Assembly: GCA_031459535.1 (NCBI GenBank)
Contig: JAVKIJ010000008.1
Location: 1-58,058 of the forward strand
Length of the DNA: 58,058 nt
Direction of reading: 5' to 3'
Origin: Candidatus Fervidifonticultor quintus
GTDB taxonomy: Bacteria; Sysuimicrobiota; Sysuimicrobiia; Sysuimicrobiales; Humicultoraceae
Shown here: in pieces, positions 29,874-42,328 of the stretch
Layout of the letters: each line of letters opens with the position of its first letter
Position numbering within the stretch: the first letter of the stretch is position 1
Translations under genes and position numbers: made by a program
The notes under the pieces: generated by a model
The model's input: the letters and a program-made list of their open reading frames with translations, nothing else
Told to the model about the DNA's origin: nothing
Database searches by the model: none

Positions 29874-31369
29874 AGGACCCGCGCCGCCCCGGTCCGGCCG
29901 TTGAACTCCTCGATCATCGCATCCCACACCGGGATGATGGTGCGCATCTGGCGCCAGAAGTGCTGATCGCGACGTGCCTCGAAGTCGGCCAGGGAGACAC
30001 CCTGCTGCTCGACCCAGGTGTAGTACCCCAGGTTGAAGATCCGGGTGCGCTCGGCGTGCGTCAGTTCCAACAGGTGGTCTATGGTGACGCCGGCGAGGCA
30101 CTCGCCAAACGTCTCCGCTGCGGCCACCTCGTCGAAGCCGCCGGGGAAGTACTTGCGGATCGACTTCGCCCGCTCGCTCCCGTACATGGCGGCGCCGTCG
30201 GTGGCCACGGTCACGATGACATCCGACGGCCCCCACCGGTAGTACCTGGCCACCTTGATGGCCGCCAGCACGTTGCAGATGCTGGACAGCCCCAGCGCGC
30301 CCAGCCCCTCGACCAGCGCCGGAGGCAGTCCCTTGCGCCGGACAAGAAACTCACGCCCCGGGTCGGTGTTGAACAGCACGTCGAGCCGATCGGTGTGCCG
30401 GTCGGAGATGGCGGTGACCAGGTCGGTGTTCATCACGTTGTGGATCAACGGAATGTGCTTGTCGCCAATGCCCTGGATGTTGTGTTCACCAAAACCGTTG
30501 TACAGCATGGTGGGGCACTCCAGAGCCTCGGCGGCCACGATGAGGGTGCCGTGCCGTTCCTTGAGGTAGTCGCCGGCGCCCAGGGTGCCGGCCGAGCCAG
30601 ACGCCGCCACGAACGCGCTGAGCCGGAGACTCGGGTCTCGGGCCGCAAGCGCTTCGAAGATCTGTTCCAGAGCCCGACCGGTGCACAGATAGTGCGCCAG
30701 GTGGTTCCCGAACTCGGAGAACTGGTTGAAGATGACCACGTCGGGCTCCTGCTCCAGCTCGGCGCATCTGTCGTAGATCTCCTTGACGTTGCTCTCCGTG
30801 CCCGGCGTGCGAATGATGTCGGCGGGATCGCTCACCCATCGCTCCAGCCAGGCGAAACGCTCGCGGCTCATCCCCTCGGGCAGCACGGCGATCCCGCGGC
30901 ACCGCATGATGCGCGAGATGGCCACACCACCGCGGGCGTAGTTCCCTGTGGACGGCCACACGGCCCGGTGGCGGGTGGGGTCGAACTGGCCGGTGATCAC
31001 CCGGGGCGCCAGGCAGGCATAGGCCGCCAGCACCTTGTGCGCCCGGATCATGGGGAAACGGTCTCCCAGCGCGATGACCACGGGCGCATCCACACCGGTC
31101 AGCGCCTTGGGCAGCACCAGGTGTTCGGGCAGCGGCACCTGGGTGCGTCGGTCGGCAGCGTTGTACCAGTGCACCCGGTAGAGGTTCAACGGATGTGCGG
31201 CGTCGGGGTCAATGGCGGCCAAGGCCGCCCGAATGTACTGCGGGATGCTGCCGGGACTGGCGAGCTGGGCAAACGTGGGCAGCGCGATGCCCGCCTCCCG
31301 AAACCGACCAACGGCGCGGTCCCGGACCGCGGCGTCCACGAGATCGCGTTCCAATCCCAGTCTGCGCAT
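29870..31369 (-). CDS. Large fold-II PLP-dependent enzyme (cysteine synthase/Trp synthase beta superfamily)
   Basis: AHKV (putative PLP Lys), PSTGNY, NQF, SGSAGT, IQGIG. Confidence 0.8.
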   Translation of the reverse strand: MRRLGLERDLVDAAVRDRAVGRFREAGIALPTFAQLASPGSIPQYIRAALAAIDPDAAHPLNLYRVHWYNAADRRTQVPLPEHLVLPKALTGVDAPVVIALGDRFPMIRAHKVLAAYACLAPRVITGQFDPTRHRAVWPSTGNYARGGVAISRIMRCRGIAVLPEGMSRERFAWLERWVSDPADIIRTPGTESNVKEIYDRCAELEQEPDVVIFNQFSEFGNHLAHYLCTGRALEQIFEALAARDPSLRLSAFVAASGSAGTLGAGDYLKERHGTLIVAAEALECPTMLYNGFGEHNIQGIGDKHIPLIHNVMNTDLVTAISDRHTDRLDVLFNTDPGREFLVRRKGLPPALVEGLGALGLSSICNVLAAIKVARYYRWGPSDVIVTVATDGAAMYGSERAKSIRKYFPGGFDEVAAAETFGECLAGVTIDHLLELTHAERTRIFNLGYYTWVEQQGVSLADFEARRDQHFWRQMRTIIPVWDAMIEEFNGRTGAARVL

Positions 31370-31404
31370 CGGTCTGCTCCTACCCTATCGTGAAGATCTC
31401 GTAC

Positions 31405-32295
31405 TCAAGATGTACCGGCCCGCACCAGACGGGGGTCCAGGACATCGCGCAGGCCGTCACCGACCAGATTCAGGCCGATGACCAGCACCATGATCGCCAG
31501 GCCGGGGAAGATGGTCATCCACGGCGCTTGCCCCATGTAGACCCGGCCGCCGCTGAGGATGGTCCCCAGGCTCGGCACGTGGGGCGGCACGCCGCTCCCG
31601 AGGAAGCTGAGCAGCGCCTCGCCCAGCACCGCATACGCCACCGTGAACGTGGCCTGGACCACCGCCGGCGACAGGCAGTTGGGCAACACGTGGCGCACCA
31701 TGATCCTGGGATCCGGCAGCCCTAGCGCCCGAGCGGCGGTGACGTACTCGAACTGCCCCACGACCAGCACGCTGCCGCGGACCACACGGGCCATGCGGGG
31801 CGAGTACACGATGCCCAGCGCCACGATCACGTTGGTGGCACTGGGGCCCAGCGCGGCCATCAGCGCAATGGCCAGGATGACCGCCGGAAACGCCATGAGC
31901 GCGTCCATGATGCGCATGAGCAGGTTGTCCAGGCCCGGCACGTATCCCGCCACCAGCCCGGTCGGCAATCCGATCGCGGTGCTCACCACGACCACCAGGG
32001 CGCCGATGGCCAGCGACAGTCTGATGCCGTAGAGCACGCGACTGAACACGTCCCGGCCGAAATCATCGGTGCCCAGCGGGTGCCGCGCCGACGGCGGAGC
32101 CAGCCGCTCGGTGATGCGCATGGCCTGGGGGCTGTCCGGGGCCAGGACCGGCGCCAGGAGCGCGCTGGCCACCAGCGTCAGGATCAACGCCGCACCGGCA
32201 ATGACCACGGGCCTGCGGACCAGCACCCGCCAGCGCAACCGCCACGGCGAGACCGGAGGCAGCTCTGCGTGCCGAGCAGCCCTTGGCTTCGGCAT
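31405..32295 (-). CDS. DppC/OppC-type ABC permease
   Basis: HPLGTDDFGRD, EYVTAARALG, HVLPN, LVGDGLRDVLDP. Confidence 0.92.
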   Translation of the reverse strand: MPKPRAARHAELPPVSPWRLRWRVLVRRPVVIAGAALILTLVASALLAPVLAPDSPQAMRITERLAPPSARHPLGTDDFGRDVFSRVLYGIRLSLAIGALVVVVSTAIGLPTGLVAGYVPGLDNLLMRIMDALMAFPAVILAIALMAALGPSATNVIVALGIVYSPRMARVVRGSVLVVGQFEYVTAARALGLPDPRIMVRHVLPNCLSPAVVQATFTVAYAVLGEALLSFLGSGVPPHVPSLGTILSGGRVYMGQAPWMTIFPGLAIMVLVIGLNLVGDGLRDVLDPRLVRAGTS

Positions 32296-32297
32296 CG

Positions 32298-33239
32298 TCA
32301 GTACCGAATCCTGGGATCCACGAAGGTGTACATTAGGTCCACGAGCAGGTTGATCAGGACGTAGGCGGTGGCGATCAGGAGTACGATGCCCTGGATCACC
32401 GGGTAGTCGCGTCGCAGCACGGAGGTGATCAGCAGCTGCCCGACGCCAGGGATGGTGAAAATGGTCTCGGCCACCACATTGCCCCCCATCATCACGGAGA
32501 AGATGATCCCGACCACGGTCACCACCGTGATGAGCGCGTTGGGGAACGCATGGCCCATGGTCACCCGGGCGAACGACAGCCCCTTGGCGCGCGCCGTCCT
32601 GATGTAGTCCTGACCCATGACCTCGAGCATGGCTGTGCGCGTCATGCGGGCGATGAGCGCCGACTGGACGAATCCCATGGTGAATGCCGGTAGGATCAGG
32701 TACCGCAGCGCGACGCCCAGGCCGGCGGACGGGGGCTGGTACCCGGCGACCGGCAGCAGACCCCACCGGACGGCGAAGAGCAAGACCAGGTTCAACGCCA
32801 GCCAGAACTCCGGCACGGACACACCGAGAAAGGCCACCAGCGTCACGGCCTGGTCGAGCAGCGAGCCGCGACGCACCGCGGACAGGATCCCGGCGGGCAC
32901 GCCGATACCGATGGCGATGGCGATGGCCAGCAGGCTGAGCAGGACGGTGGGCAGGAGGTGCCGACGCACCGTCTCGGTGACCGGAAGGCCAAAGAAGATC
33001 GACGTGCCCAGATCGCCGCCGAACACCCGCTGGAACCACCGGAGCCACTGCAGGTGGAAGGGCGCGTCCAGGCCCAACTCGGCCCGCAGCCTGGCCACGG
33101 CCTCCGCCGGCGCGTCCGGCCCCAGCATGATGACGGCGGGATCACCAGGCGTGAGGTGAATCAACAGGAACACGATGGTCCCGACCAGGACGATGATCGG
33201 GACCATGGTGATCAGGCGTCGGGCAATGTAGGCCTGCAT
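32298..33239 (-). CDS. DppB/OppB-type ABC permease
   Basis: PGDP, GDLGTS, DYIRTARAKGL, RDYPVIQG, VDPRI. Confidence 0.93.
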   Translation of the reverse strand: MQAYIARRLITMVPIIVLVGTIVFLLIHLTPGDPAVIMLGPDAPAEAVARLRAELGLDAPFHLQWLRWFQRVFGGDLGTSIFFGLPVTETVRRHLLPTVLLSLLAIAIAIGIGVPAGILSAVRRGSLLDQAVTLVAFLGVSVPEFWLALNLVLLFAVRWGLLPVAGYQPPSAGLGVALRYLILPAFTMGFVQSALIARMTRTAMLEVMGQDYIRTARAKGLSFARVTMGHAFPNALITVVTVVGIIFSVMMGGNVVAETIFTIPGVGQLLITSVLRRDYPVIQGIVLLIATAYVLINLLVDLMYTFVDPRIRY

Positions 33240-33243
33240 CCCC

Positions 33244-34821
33244 CTAACGGGGCGTCACCGAGACATTCCAGAAGAACAAATCGGGGCGCGTCGTGAGCCC
33301 CCCGACCCCAGGCCGGGCAATCGCCAGATTGAAGAAGTCCCCGAACTTGACCCCCGGCACATCTTCCCAGTAGAGCTTCTGTACCTCTTCCCAGATCTTC
33401 TTGCGGGCCTGCTGGTCGGGCTCTCGGATGAGACGGCCGATCAGGCGATCCTTCTCCTCGGTCGTCCACCAGCCGGGCCAGGTGGGCCCGAGGATCACGG
33501 GCTGGATGGGCGGGTCGATACCCGGGCTGAAGATGAACGACGTGCTGAAGACCTCGTAGAGATCGGGGTTGGCGCGCCGCGAGAGCACCGTGGCCCAGTC
33601 CAGCACCTGGAGGTCCATCACGAAGCCCGCTTCCTCGAGCTGCTGGGCGGCGATGAGGGCGGGCTTGTACGCCCAGTCGAACGCCTGGCTGGTAATCCAC
33701 CGCACGGGCTGGCCCCGGTATCCCGCCTCGGCCATCAACCGCCTGGCCAGGGCCAGGTCACGACGGTTGTAGGGCCCGAGCCCCTCCCGTGAGTACCAGG
33801 GTGACTCCTTGAACATCAGGCTGCCGTCCACGCGGAACATGAGCGGGTTGCCGAAGGTGCCCGCCATGATCTTGCCCATGTCCAGGGCGGCCAGGAATGC
33901 CTGCCGCATCCGACGATCGGCAAACAGCCCCTTGCGCTTGTTGAACACCGCCATGGGCTGACCGTAGGGTTTGAGGATCAGCGTCCGAACCCGCGGGTCG
34001 TTGCGCAGTTGCCCGTAGGCGTCTGGGGTGATGCTCTCCGCATAGTCATACTGGCCGGTGAGCACGCCGTTGATGCGCGTCTGCACGTCGGGCACGATGA
34101 CGAAGCGCAGCCGATCCACATATGCCACTTTGGCGCCACCGTAGCCGTCGGGGCTCCCCGGCCGCATCGCGTACCCGTCGAACCGCTCCAGTTCGATGAC
34201 CTGACCGGGCACCCAGCGGGCGAACTTGAAGGGACCGGTGCCGATCAGCTCCGAGAGCTCGGTGATGCGCCTGGTGCCAGCAGCATCCGCTACCGCGTGG
34301 GGGTAGATGCCGGCCAGTTGGATGGGCTGCGCCAGCGCCGCGATCAGGACGCCAGAAGGCTGGCGGAGCCGGATGACCACCGTGCGGGGCCCACGCGCCT
34401 CGACGGCTTCCACGTCGTCGCGGAAGAAGGGCACAGCGACCACCGCCAGCTTCATCCACCGCTGCAGGGAGGCCACCACGTCCCGCGCGGTCATCTCCTG
34501 ACCGTTGTGGAACTTCACGCTCGACCGCAACGTGATCGTGTACTCTCGCCCGCCTGCGCCCACGGTGAATCCCTCGGCGAGCATGGGGATGATCTTGAAG
34601 TTCCTGTCGTAGGTGAAGAGCGGCTCGAAGGCGTGCCACGCGGTGATTTCGGTGAGGTACGCCGTGGTGGAGTGGATGTCCAGCGCCGGTGGGTCGGCGC
34701 TGAGGGCCACGGTCAGGGTCCCGCCACGCGGCGGCGCGGCCGGCGCCCCGGCCCATCCGGGCGCGCTACCCCACAGGCCGATCACGACCAGCACCAACAG
34801 TGCCTGCCAGCGTGTCATCAT
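33244..34821 (-). CDS. Family 5 (peptide/nickel) ABC substrate-binding protein
   Basis: Signal peptide; GGTL, LRSSVKFHNG, IGTGPFKF. Confidence 0.9.
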   Translation of the reverse strand: MMTRWQALLVLVVIGLWGSAPGWAGAPAAPPRGGTLTVALSADPPALDIHSTTAYLTEITAWHAFEPLFTYDRNFKIIPMLAEGFTVGAGGREYTITLRSSVKFHNGQEMTARDVVASLQRWMKLAVVAVPFFRDDVEAVEARGPRTVVIRLRQPSGVLIAALAQPIQLAGIYPHAVADAAGTRRITELSELIGTGPFKFARWVPGQVIELERFDGYAMRPGSPDGYGGAKVAYVDRLRFVIVPDVQTRINGVLTGQYDYAESITPDAYGQLRNDPRVRTLILKPYGQPMAVFNKRKGLFADRRMRQAFLAALDMGKIMAGTFGNPLMFRVDGSLMFKESPWYSREGLGPYNRRDLALARRLMAEAGYRGQPVRWITSQAFDWAYKPALIAAQQLEEAGFVMDLQVLDWATVLSRRANPDLYEVFSTSFIFSPGIDPPIQPVILGPTWPGWWTTEEKDRLIGRLIREPDQQARKKIWEEVQKLYWEDVPGVKFGDFFNLAIARPGVGGLTTRPDLFFWNVSVTPR

Positions 34822-34850
34822 GCTCCCTCCCCGGCGCCCGCGGGCGGCGG

Positions 34851-35867
34851 TTAGAACTCCCCGCCCGCGAACGCGTCGATCATGAGGCGGACGTCGTCGC
34901 CCAGCGGATACAGCACCGGGCACGTACACCCGGCGTCCACGTACTCCCGCACCTTCGCCCGGCACTCCTCGGGGGTCCCTGACGCCGAGATCATCTGGAC
35001 CGCCTCATCCGGGACGATGTGCATGGCGCGGCGGATCTGGTCGGGCCCGGCGGGCCACGTGAGCACCTTGTTGATCTCTTCGATCAGGCCCGGGTCGACC
35101 CCGCTGGCCTTCATGATGTGCGGTTGCTGGCCCAGATACTGGGTCAGCAACTCCCGGGCGCGATCCAGGGCCACGGTGCGGTCCCGGTCGAGGGAACACA
35201 CCACCAGCTGGGGTCGGTCGATGTCCTCCACCCGCCGGCCTGCCCGGGCGGCACCGGTGGCAAGGGCCGCCATGGCCTCGCGGTTGTAGCGCGGGCTGAC
35301 CATGTAGTTGAGCAGGGCGCCGTCGGCGATCTGGCCGGCCAGCTCCATCATCTTCATGCCGGTGGCGCCCACATAGATCGGCACCCGCTTGGGCGACCGG
35401 TCGCCGTGCACAATGTCAATCTCGATGTCGGTGACGCGCACGAACTCGCCGTGATAGGTGACGCGTTCCATAGCCAGCAGACGGCGCGTCACCTCCACCA
35501 CTTCGCGCATGGCTTGCAGCGGCCGCCTGCGGGTGATACCGACCTTGGACGCCAGTGGATCCCACCACGCGCCGATGCCGAGCATTACCCGGCCGGGCGC
35601 CAGATCATCGAGGGTCGCAAACGTGGCGGCCAGCAAGCCCACGTTGCGGGTCCAGCAGTTGACCACGCCGGAGCCCACCTTGATGCGCGTGGTCACGGCC
35701 GCAAACGCCGCCATGGGCACCGTGGCCTCGCGCACCAGACGGCTCTCCGCCTGCCAGACGGCCTCAAAGCCGCGGGCCTCGGCGTAGCGCACGTAGTCCA
35801 TGCCATCACGGATCGGATGCTTGTCCTGCAGGTACAGCGCCACGCGCCCCTTGCTGGTGACTGCCAT
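34851..35867 (-). CDS. LLM-class (Mer-like) flavin/deazaflavin oxidoreductase
   Basis: [44 protein letters not shown]. Confidence 0.85.
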   Translation of the reverse strand: MAVTSKGRVALYLQDKHPIRDGMDYVRYAEARGFEAVWQAESRLVREATVPMAAFAAVTTRIKVGSGVVNCWTRNVGLLAATFATLDDLAPGRVMLGIGAWWDPLASKVGITRRRPLQAMREVVEVTRRLLAMERVTYHGEFVRVTDIEIDIVHGDRSPKRVPIYVGATGMKMMELAGQIADGALLNYMVSPRYNREAMAALATGAARAGRRVEDIDRPQLVVCSLDRDRTVALDRARELLTQYLGQQPHIMKASGVDPGLIEEINKVLTWPAGPDQIRRAMHIVPDEAVQMISASGTPEECRAKVREYVDAGCTCPVLYPLGDDVRLMIDAFAGGEF

Positions 35868-35869
35868 GG

Positions 35870-37198
35870 TCAGGCACCTCCTGCGGGCGTGAAGGGATGG
35901 ACGCCGACCGCCTCCAGGCGCTCCCACAGACGCCGGGCCTGCTCCGCCGTCTCCGCGGCGAGCCGGGCCGCATCGGCGCGCACCAGCTTGCGGTTCTCGA
36001 CCACGACGTCGCCCGCCACGAGTACGTCGCGCACGCACGCGGCGTGAAATCCAAACACCCAGTGTCCGGCCAGGTTGTCCTGGACCAGCGGCGTCGGCGC
36101 CGGATAGTCGAGCACCACCAAGTCAGCCGGCGCGCCGGGTGCGATGGTCCCCAGCAGCGGTTCGGCGAAGATGCGGCCCGCCAGGCGAGCGGCCTGGGCC
36201 GCGCGCGCCAGCGGCCACGTGATGGGCAGGAACACGTCCTCTTCGCGCGCGCGGAAGTACGCGGTCTGCACCTCGCGCCACATGTCGCCCCCGATCCCGT
36301 CCGTGCCAATGACGACCCGCTCGCCCAGCCGTCGCAGCGGGGTGTGCCCGACTGCGTTGTTCATGTTGGAGGTGGGGTTGTGGGCCACGGTGGCGCCCGA
36401 GGTGACCAGCAGGGACATCTCGTGCTCGTCGAGGTGGATGCAGTGCGCCAGCAACGCGTCTGCGGTCAGGGCGCCCGCCGCAGCCAGACGGGCGACGGGC
36501 GGCATGCCGAACCGCGCCAGGGCATCCCTGCGGTCCACCGGGTCCTCGGCGACGTGGATGTGGAGACCGACCCCGGCCGCCCGGGCACCTTCCACGCAGG
36601 CGGCCAGCGTCTCCGCCGACAGCGTGAAGGACGCGTGCGCGCCGAACAGGCCCCTGGTGAGGGCGCGGCGGCGGGCCAGGAACCGGCGGTTCTCCGCCAA
36701 CCCGGCAGACGCCCGCTGCGGCCCGTCACGGTCGCTCACTTCGTAACACAACACCGAACGGAGGCCGAGGCCTTCCAGCGCCTCCGCCACGATGTCGAGC
36801 GACCCGTCAATGGCGTTGGGCGAGGCGTGGTGGTCGATGAGCGTGGTGGTGCCGGCCAGCAGCGCTGCGGCGCCGCCGGCCAGGGCCGAGGCCCGGATCA
36901 TCTCTTCGTCCAGCGCCCGGTCCAGCCGCCACCACACGCGCTGGAGGATCTGGAGGAAATCTGCGGGGGGCGCCAGCCGGTAGGGCATCCCGCGCGCGAG
37001 CGACGAGTACAGGTGAGTGTGGCCGCAGACCTGCCCGGGGACGATCAGGCACCCCGAACAGTCCCGCCGCACACCCCCCGCGGGCGCCGCGCCTACGGCG
37101 CGCACCCGCCCATCCTCGACGACCACGTCCCCCGATGCGACCCGGGGCGGGTCCAGCGAGCTGACCACCAGGGCGCCGGTGAGGCTCAGCGTGGCGAT
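35870..37198 (-). CDS. SsnA-like amidohydrolase; probable ATC start at 37198 (first canonical start is GTG at 37168)
   Basis: [53 protein letters not shown]. Confidence 0.82.
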   Translation of the reverse strand: MATLSLTGALVVSSLDPPRVASGDVVVEDGRVRAVGAAPAGGVRRDCSGCLIVPGQVCGHTHLYSSLARGMPYRLAPPADFLQILQRVWWRLDRALDEEMIRASALAGGAAALLAGTTTLIDHHASPNAIDGSLDIVAEALEGLGLRSVLCYEVSDRDGPQRASAGLAENRRFLARRRALTRGLFGAHASFTLSAETLAACVEGARAAGVGLHIHVAEDPVDRRDALARFGMPPVARLAAAGALTADALLAHCIHLDEHEMSLLVTSGATVAHNPTSNMNNAVGHTPLRRLGERVVIGTDGIGGDMWREVQTAYFRAREEDVFLPITWPLARAAQAARLAGRIFAEPLLGTIAPGAPADLVVLDYPAPTPLVQDNLAGHWVFGFHAACVRDVLVAGDVVVENRKLVRADAARLAAETAEQARRLWERLEAVGVHPFTPAGGA

Positions 37199-37223
37199 CG
37201 GTAGCTCCTCGCGTGCCGCCAGG

Positions 37224-39836
<2,613 letters not shown>

Positions 39837-39840
39837 GGGC

Positions 39841-42294
39841 CTATCCCTCTCTTTCTGGGGCCCCACTGGTGCGGGTACCTTCCTGTTGCTCGCCGGGTGT
39901 CATCAATTCCTGCTGCCCGGCTCCTAGACCGAAGTAATGGGGGACCGGCTCCGGCCCCGGGACATCCGGCGCTGGCGGCGGCCCAGCCGAGTGCGCCGGC
40001 GGGCTCAATCCCAAGAGATCGTCCGGACGGACGGGGACGCGGTTCAGCGCGCGGCCGGTGGCATCGCGCAGCGCCGCGACGATGGCCGCGGTGGACACCA
40101 CGGTCGGGAGCTCTCCCACCCCTTTGGCGCCGTAGGGCGCGCCCGGCTCAGGCTCCTCCACCACGGCGGTCTCTATCGCCGGCACGTCGAGGATGGTGGG
40201 AATCAGGTAGTCGGTGAACGAGGCGTTGCGGATCCGGCCGTCCTGGAGCTGCACTTGCTCCATCAAGGCAAGACCCAGGCCCATGGCCGTGCCACCTTCG
40301 ACCTGACCTTCCAGTCCCTGCGGGTTGAGGACCTTGCCCACGTCGTGAACCGACGCCACATGCACGACCCGCGCCAGGCCCAACTCGGTGTCCACGTCGA
40401 CGACCGCGCGCTGCGCGGCGAACGCCAGCATCACGTGCACGTCACCCTGGCCTCGGCCATCGAGCGCCTGCGTAGCTCGATGGTGATAGGTCCGCGTCTG
40501 CTCGATCGGCTCTTCCAGGAACGCATCAATGGGCCCCACGAGTTTCCCGCCGGCCAGGACCTGACCGCCCTCCAGCGTCAGCTCCCCCGGGAGGACCCGC
40601 CCGCCCGCGGCAGCGTGGCGCCGCACCCGGTCGAAGAGCACTTCCCGGACCGCTTGGCAGGCTCGCTGAACTGCGCCGCCGGACATGACGGATTGTCGGG
40701 AAGCCGACGTGGATCCCGCCGAACCCACTGAGGTGTCTGGGGGATGGATCATCACGCGCTCCACGCCCAGTTCGGTCCGGGCCACCTGGGCCAGCACCGT
40801 GTGGATCCCCTCGCCGACCTCGGCTGCGGCGCTGTGGACCTCGACCACCGGCCCTTCAGGGCCGAGGAAGAGCTTCACCCTCGCCTCGGACGAGTCGTCG
40901 AACCCCCCGCTATAGGCGATGTTCTTGTAGCCCACCGCGAACCCCACCCCGCGGCGTAGACTCTCGCCGCGCGACACATTGCCCGTCCCGCCCGGCAGGA
41001 ACAGCGGGCTGCGGCGGGACGGCTCGGCTTCCCCCGCAGGGAGCGGCATCGCCAGGCATCGCTCGATGACCCTCCGCACGGGCGCGCTGCCACCGATGAC
41101 CTGGCCGGTGATCGTCACTGATCCCGGGCCCAGCGCGTTCTTCAAGCGCAGCGCCACCGGGTCCATACCCAGCGCCTTTGCCAACCTGTCCATCTGCGCC
41201 TCATACGCGAAGCAGACTTGAGGCGCGCCAAACCCGCGCATGGCGCCGCAGGGAGGGTTGTTGGTGTACACGCATGTGGCCTCCACGAGCGCGTTGGGCA
41301 CCTCGTAGGGGCCCGCGGCGAAGGTGGCCGCGTTGCCCAGGACGGCCGACGATGACGACGCGAAGGCCCCTCCGTCGAGCAGCACACGGGCGTAGACGTT
41401 GAGGAGCCGCCCGTCCCTGGACGCGCCGTGGCGCATCCAGATCCGCGACGGGTGCCGGTGTACGTGACCGAAGAACGACTCCTCGCGGGAGTAGACCATC
41501 TTCACCGGCTTCCCCGTGCGAAGCGCGAGCATGGCCGCGTGAATGTGCATGCTGACGTCTTCCCGCGCTCCAAACGCGCCACCCACCCCCGCCAGGTGGA
41601 GCCGCACCTTCTCCAGTGGCAGGTTCAGGCATGGTGCAATCTGCTGCCGATCCACGTGGAGCCACTGCGTGGCCACGTAGAGATCGACGCCGCCGTCTCC
41701 CGAGGGTACCGCCAGCCCGGACTCCGGCCCCAGGAACGCCTGGTCCTGCATCCCGGTCTCGTAGTAGCCCTCCACCCAGACCTCCGCGGGCGCGTCGGGG
41801 TCGCCGTGCACGATCCGGAGATGGCGCAGCACGTTCCCGAACTCGTGGACGCGGGGCGCGTCGGCGCGCAGTGCCTGTTCCATATCGGTGACCGCGGGCA
41901 GCACCTCGTAGTCCACGACGATCCTGGAGGCGGCGCCCCGCGCGACCTCGAGATCGACCGCCGCCAGGATGGCCACCGGTTCACCAACGAACCGGACGCA
42001 TTCCCACGCCAGCACGGGCTGGTCCTCAAACTCCAGCCCGTAGGTCTTCCTGCCCGGCACATCGTCGGCCAGCAGGACCGCGTGCACGCCGGGAGTGGCC
42101 ACAGCCCCGGACACATCGATGGACCGGATGCGCGCGTGCGGGTGCGGGCTGCGCACCGTGAGCCCCCACAGCATGTCCTCGGCCCACAGGTCGCTGCCAA
42201 ACAGGAATGAACCCCGGACCTTGGGAACGCCATCCACGCGCCGCGCGCTTTCCCCGACGCCCCCCCGCGTCCGCGCCACCGCCCCGACACTCAT
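39841..42294 (-). CDS. Xanthine dehydrogenase Mo-binding subunit (PucD-like)
   Basis: DQAFLGPE, GGAFGARE, AMRGFG, SASRQ, GQVEGG, KGVGE. Confidence 0.88.
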   Translation of the reverse strand: MSVGAVARTRGGVGESARRVDGVPKVRGSFLFGSDLWAEDMLWGLTVRSPHPHARIRSIDVSGAVATPGVHAVLLADDVPGRKTYGLEFEDQPVLAWECVRFVGEPVAILAAVDLEVARGAASRIVVDYEVLPAVTDMEQALRADAPRVHEFGNVLRHLRIVHGDPDAPAEVWVEGYYETGMQDQAFLGPESGLAVPSGDGGVDLYVATQWLHVDRQQIAPCLNLPLEKVRLHLAGVGGAFGAREDVSMHIHAAMLALRTGKPVKMVYSREESFFGHVHRHPSRIWMRHGASRDGRLLNVYARVLLDGGAFASSSSAVLGNAATFAAGPYEVPNALVEATCVYTNNPPCGAMRGFGAPQVCFAYEAQMDRLAKALGMDPVALRLKNALGPGSVTITGQVIGGSAPVRRVIERCLAMPLPAGEAEPSRRSPLFLPGGTGNVSRGESLRRGVGFAVGYKNIAYSGGFDDSSEARVKLFLGPEGPVVEVHSAAAEVGEGIHTVLAQVARTELGVERVMIHPPDTSVGSAGSTSASRQSVMSGGAVQRACQAVREVLFDRVRRHAAAGGRVLPGELTLEGGQVLAGGKLVGPIDAFLEEPIEQTRTYHHRATQALDGRGQGDVHVMLAFAAQRAVVDVDTELGLARVVHVASVHDVGKVLNPQGLEGQVEGGTAMGLGLALMEQVQLQDGRIRNASFTDYLIPTILDVPAIETAVVEEPEPGAPYGAKGVGELPTVVSTAAIVAALRDATGRALNRVPVRPDDLLGLSPPAHSAGPPPAPDVPGPEPVPHYFGLGAGQQELMTPGEQQEGTRTSGAPEREG

Positions 42295-42328
42295 CGCCCG
42301 TTCCTCTCCCGGTCGCCGGCCGGCCTCA

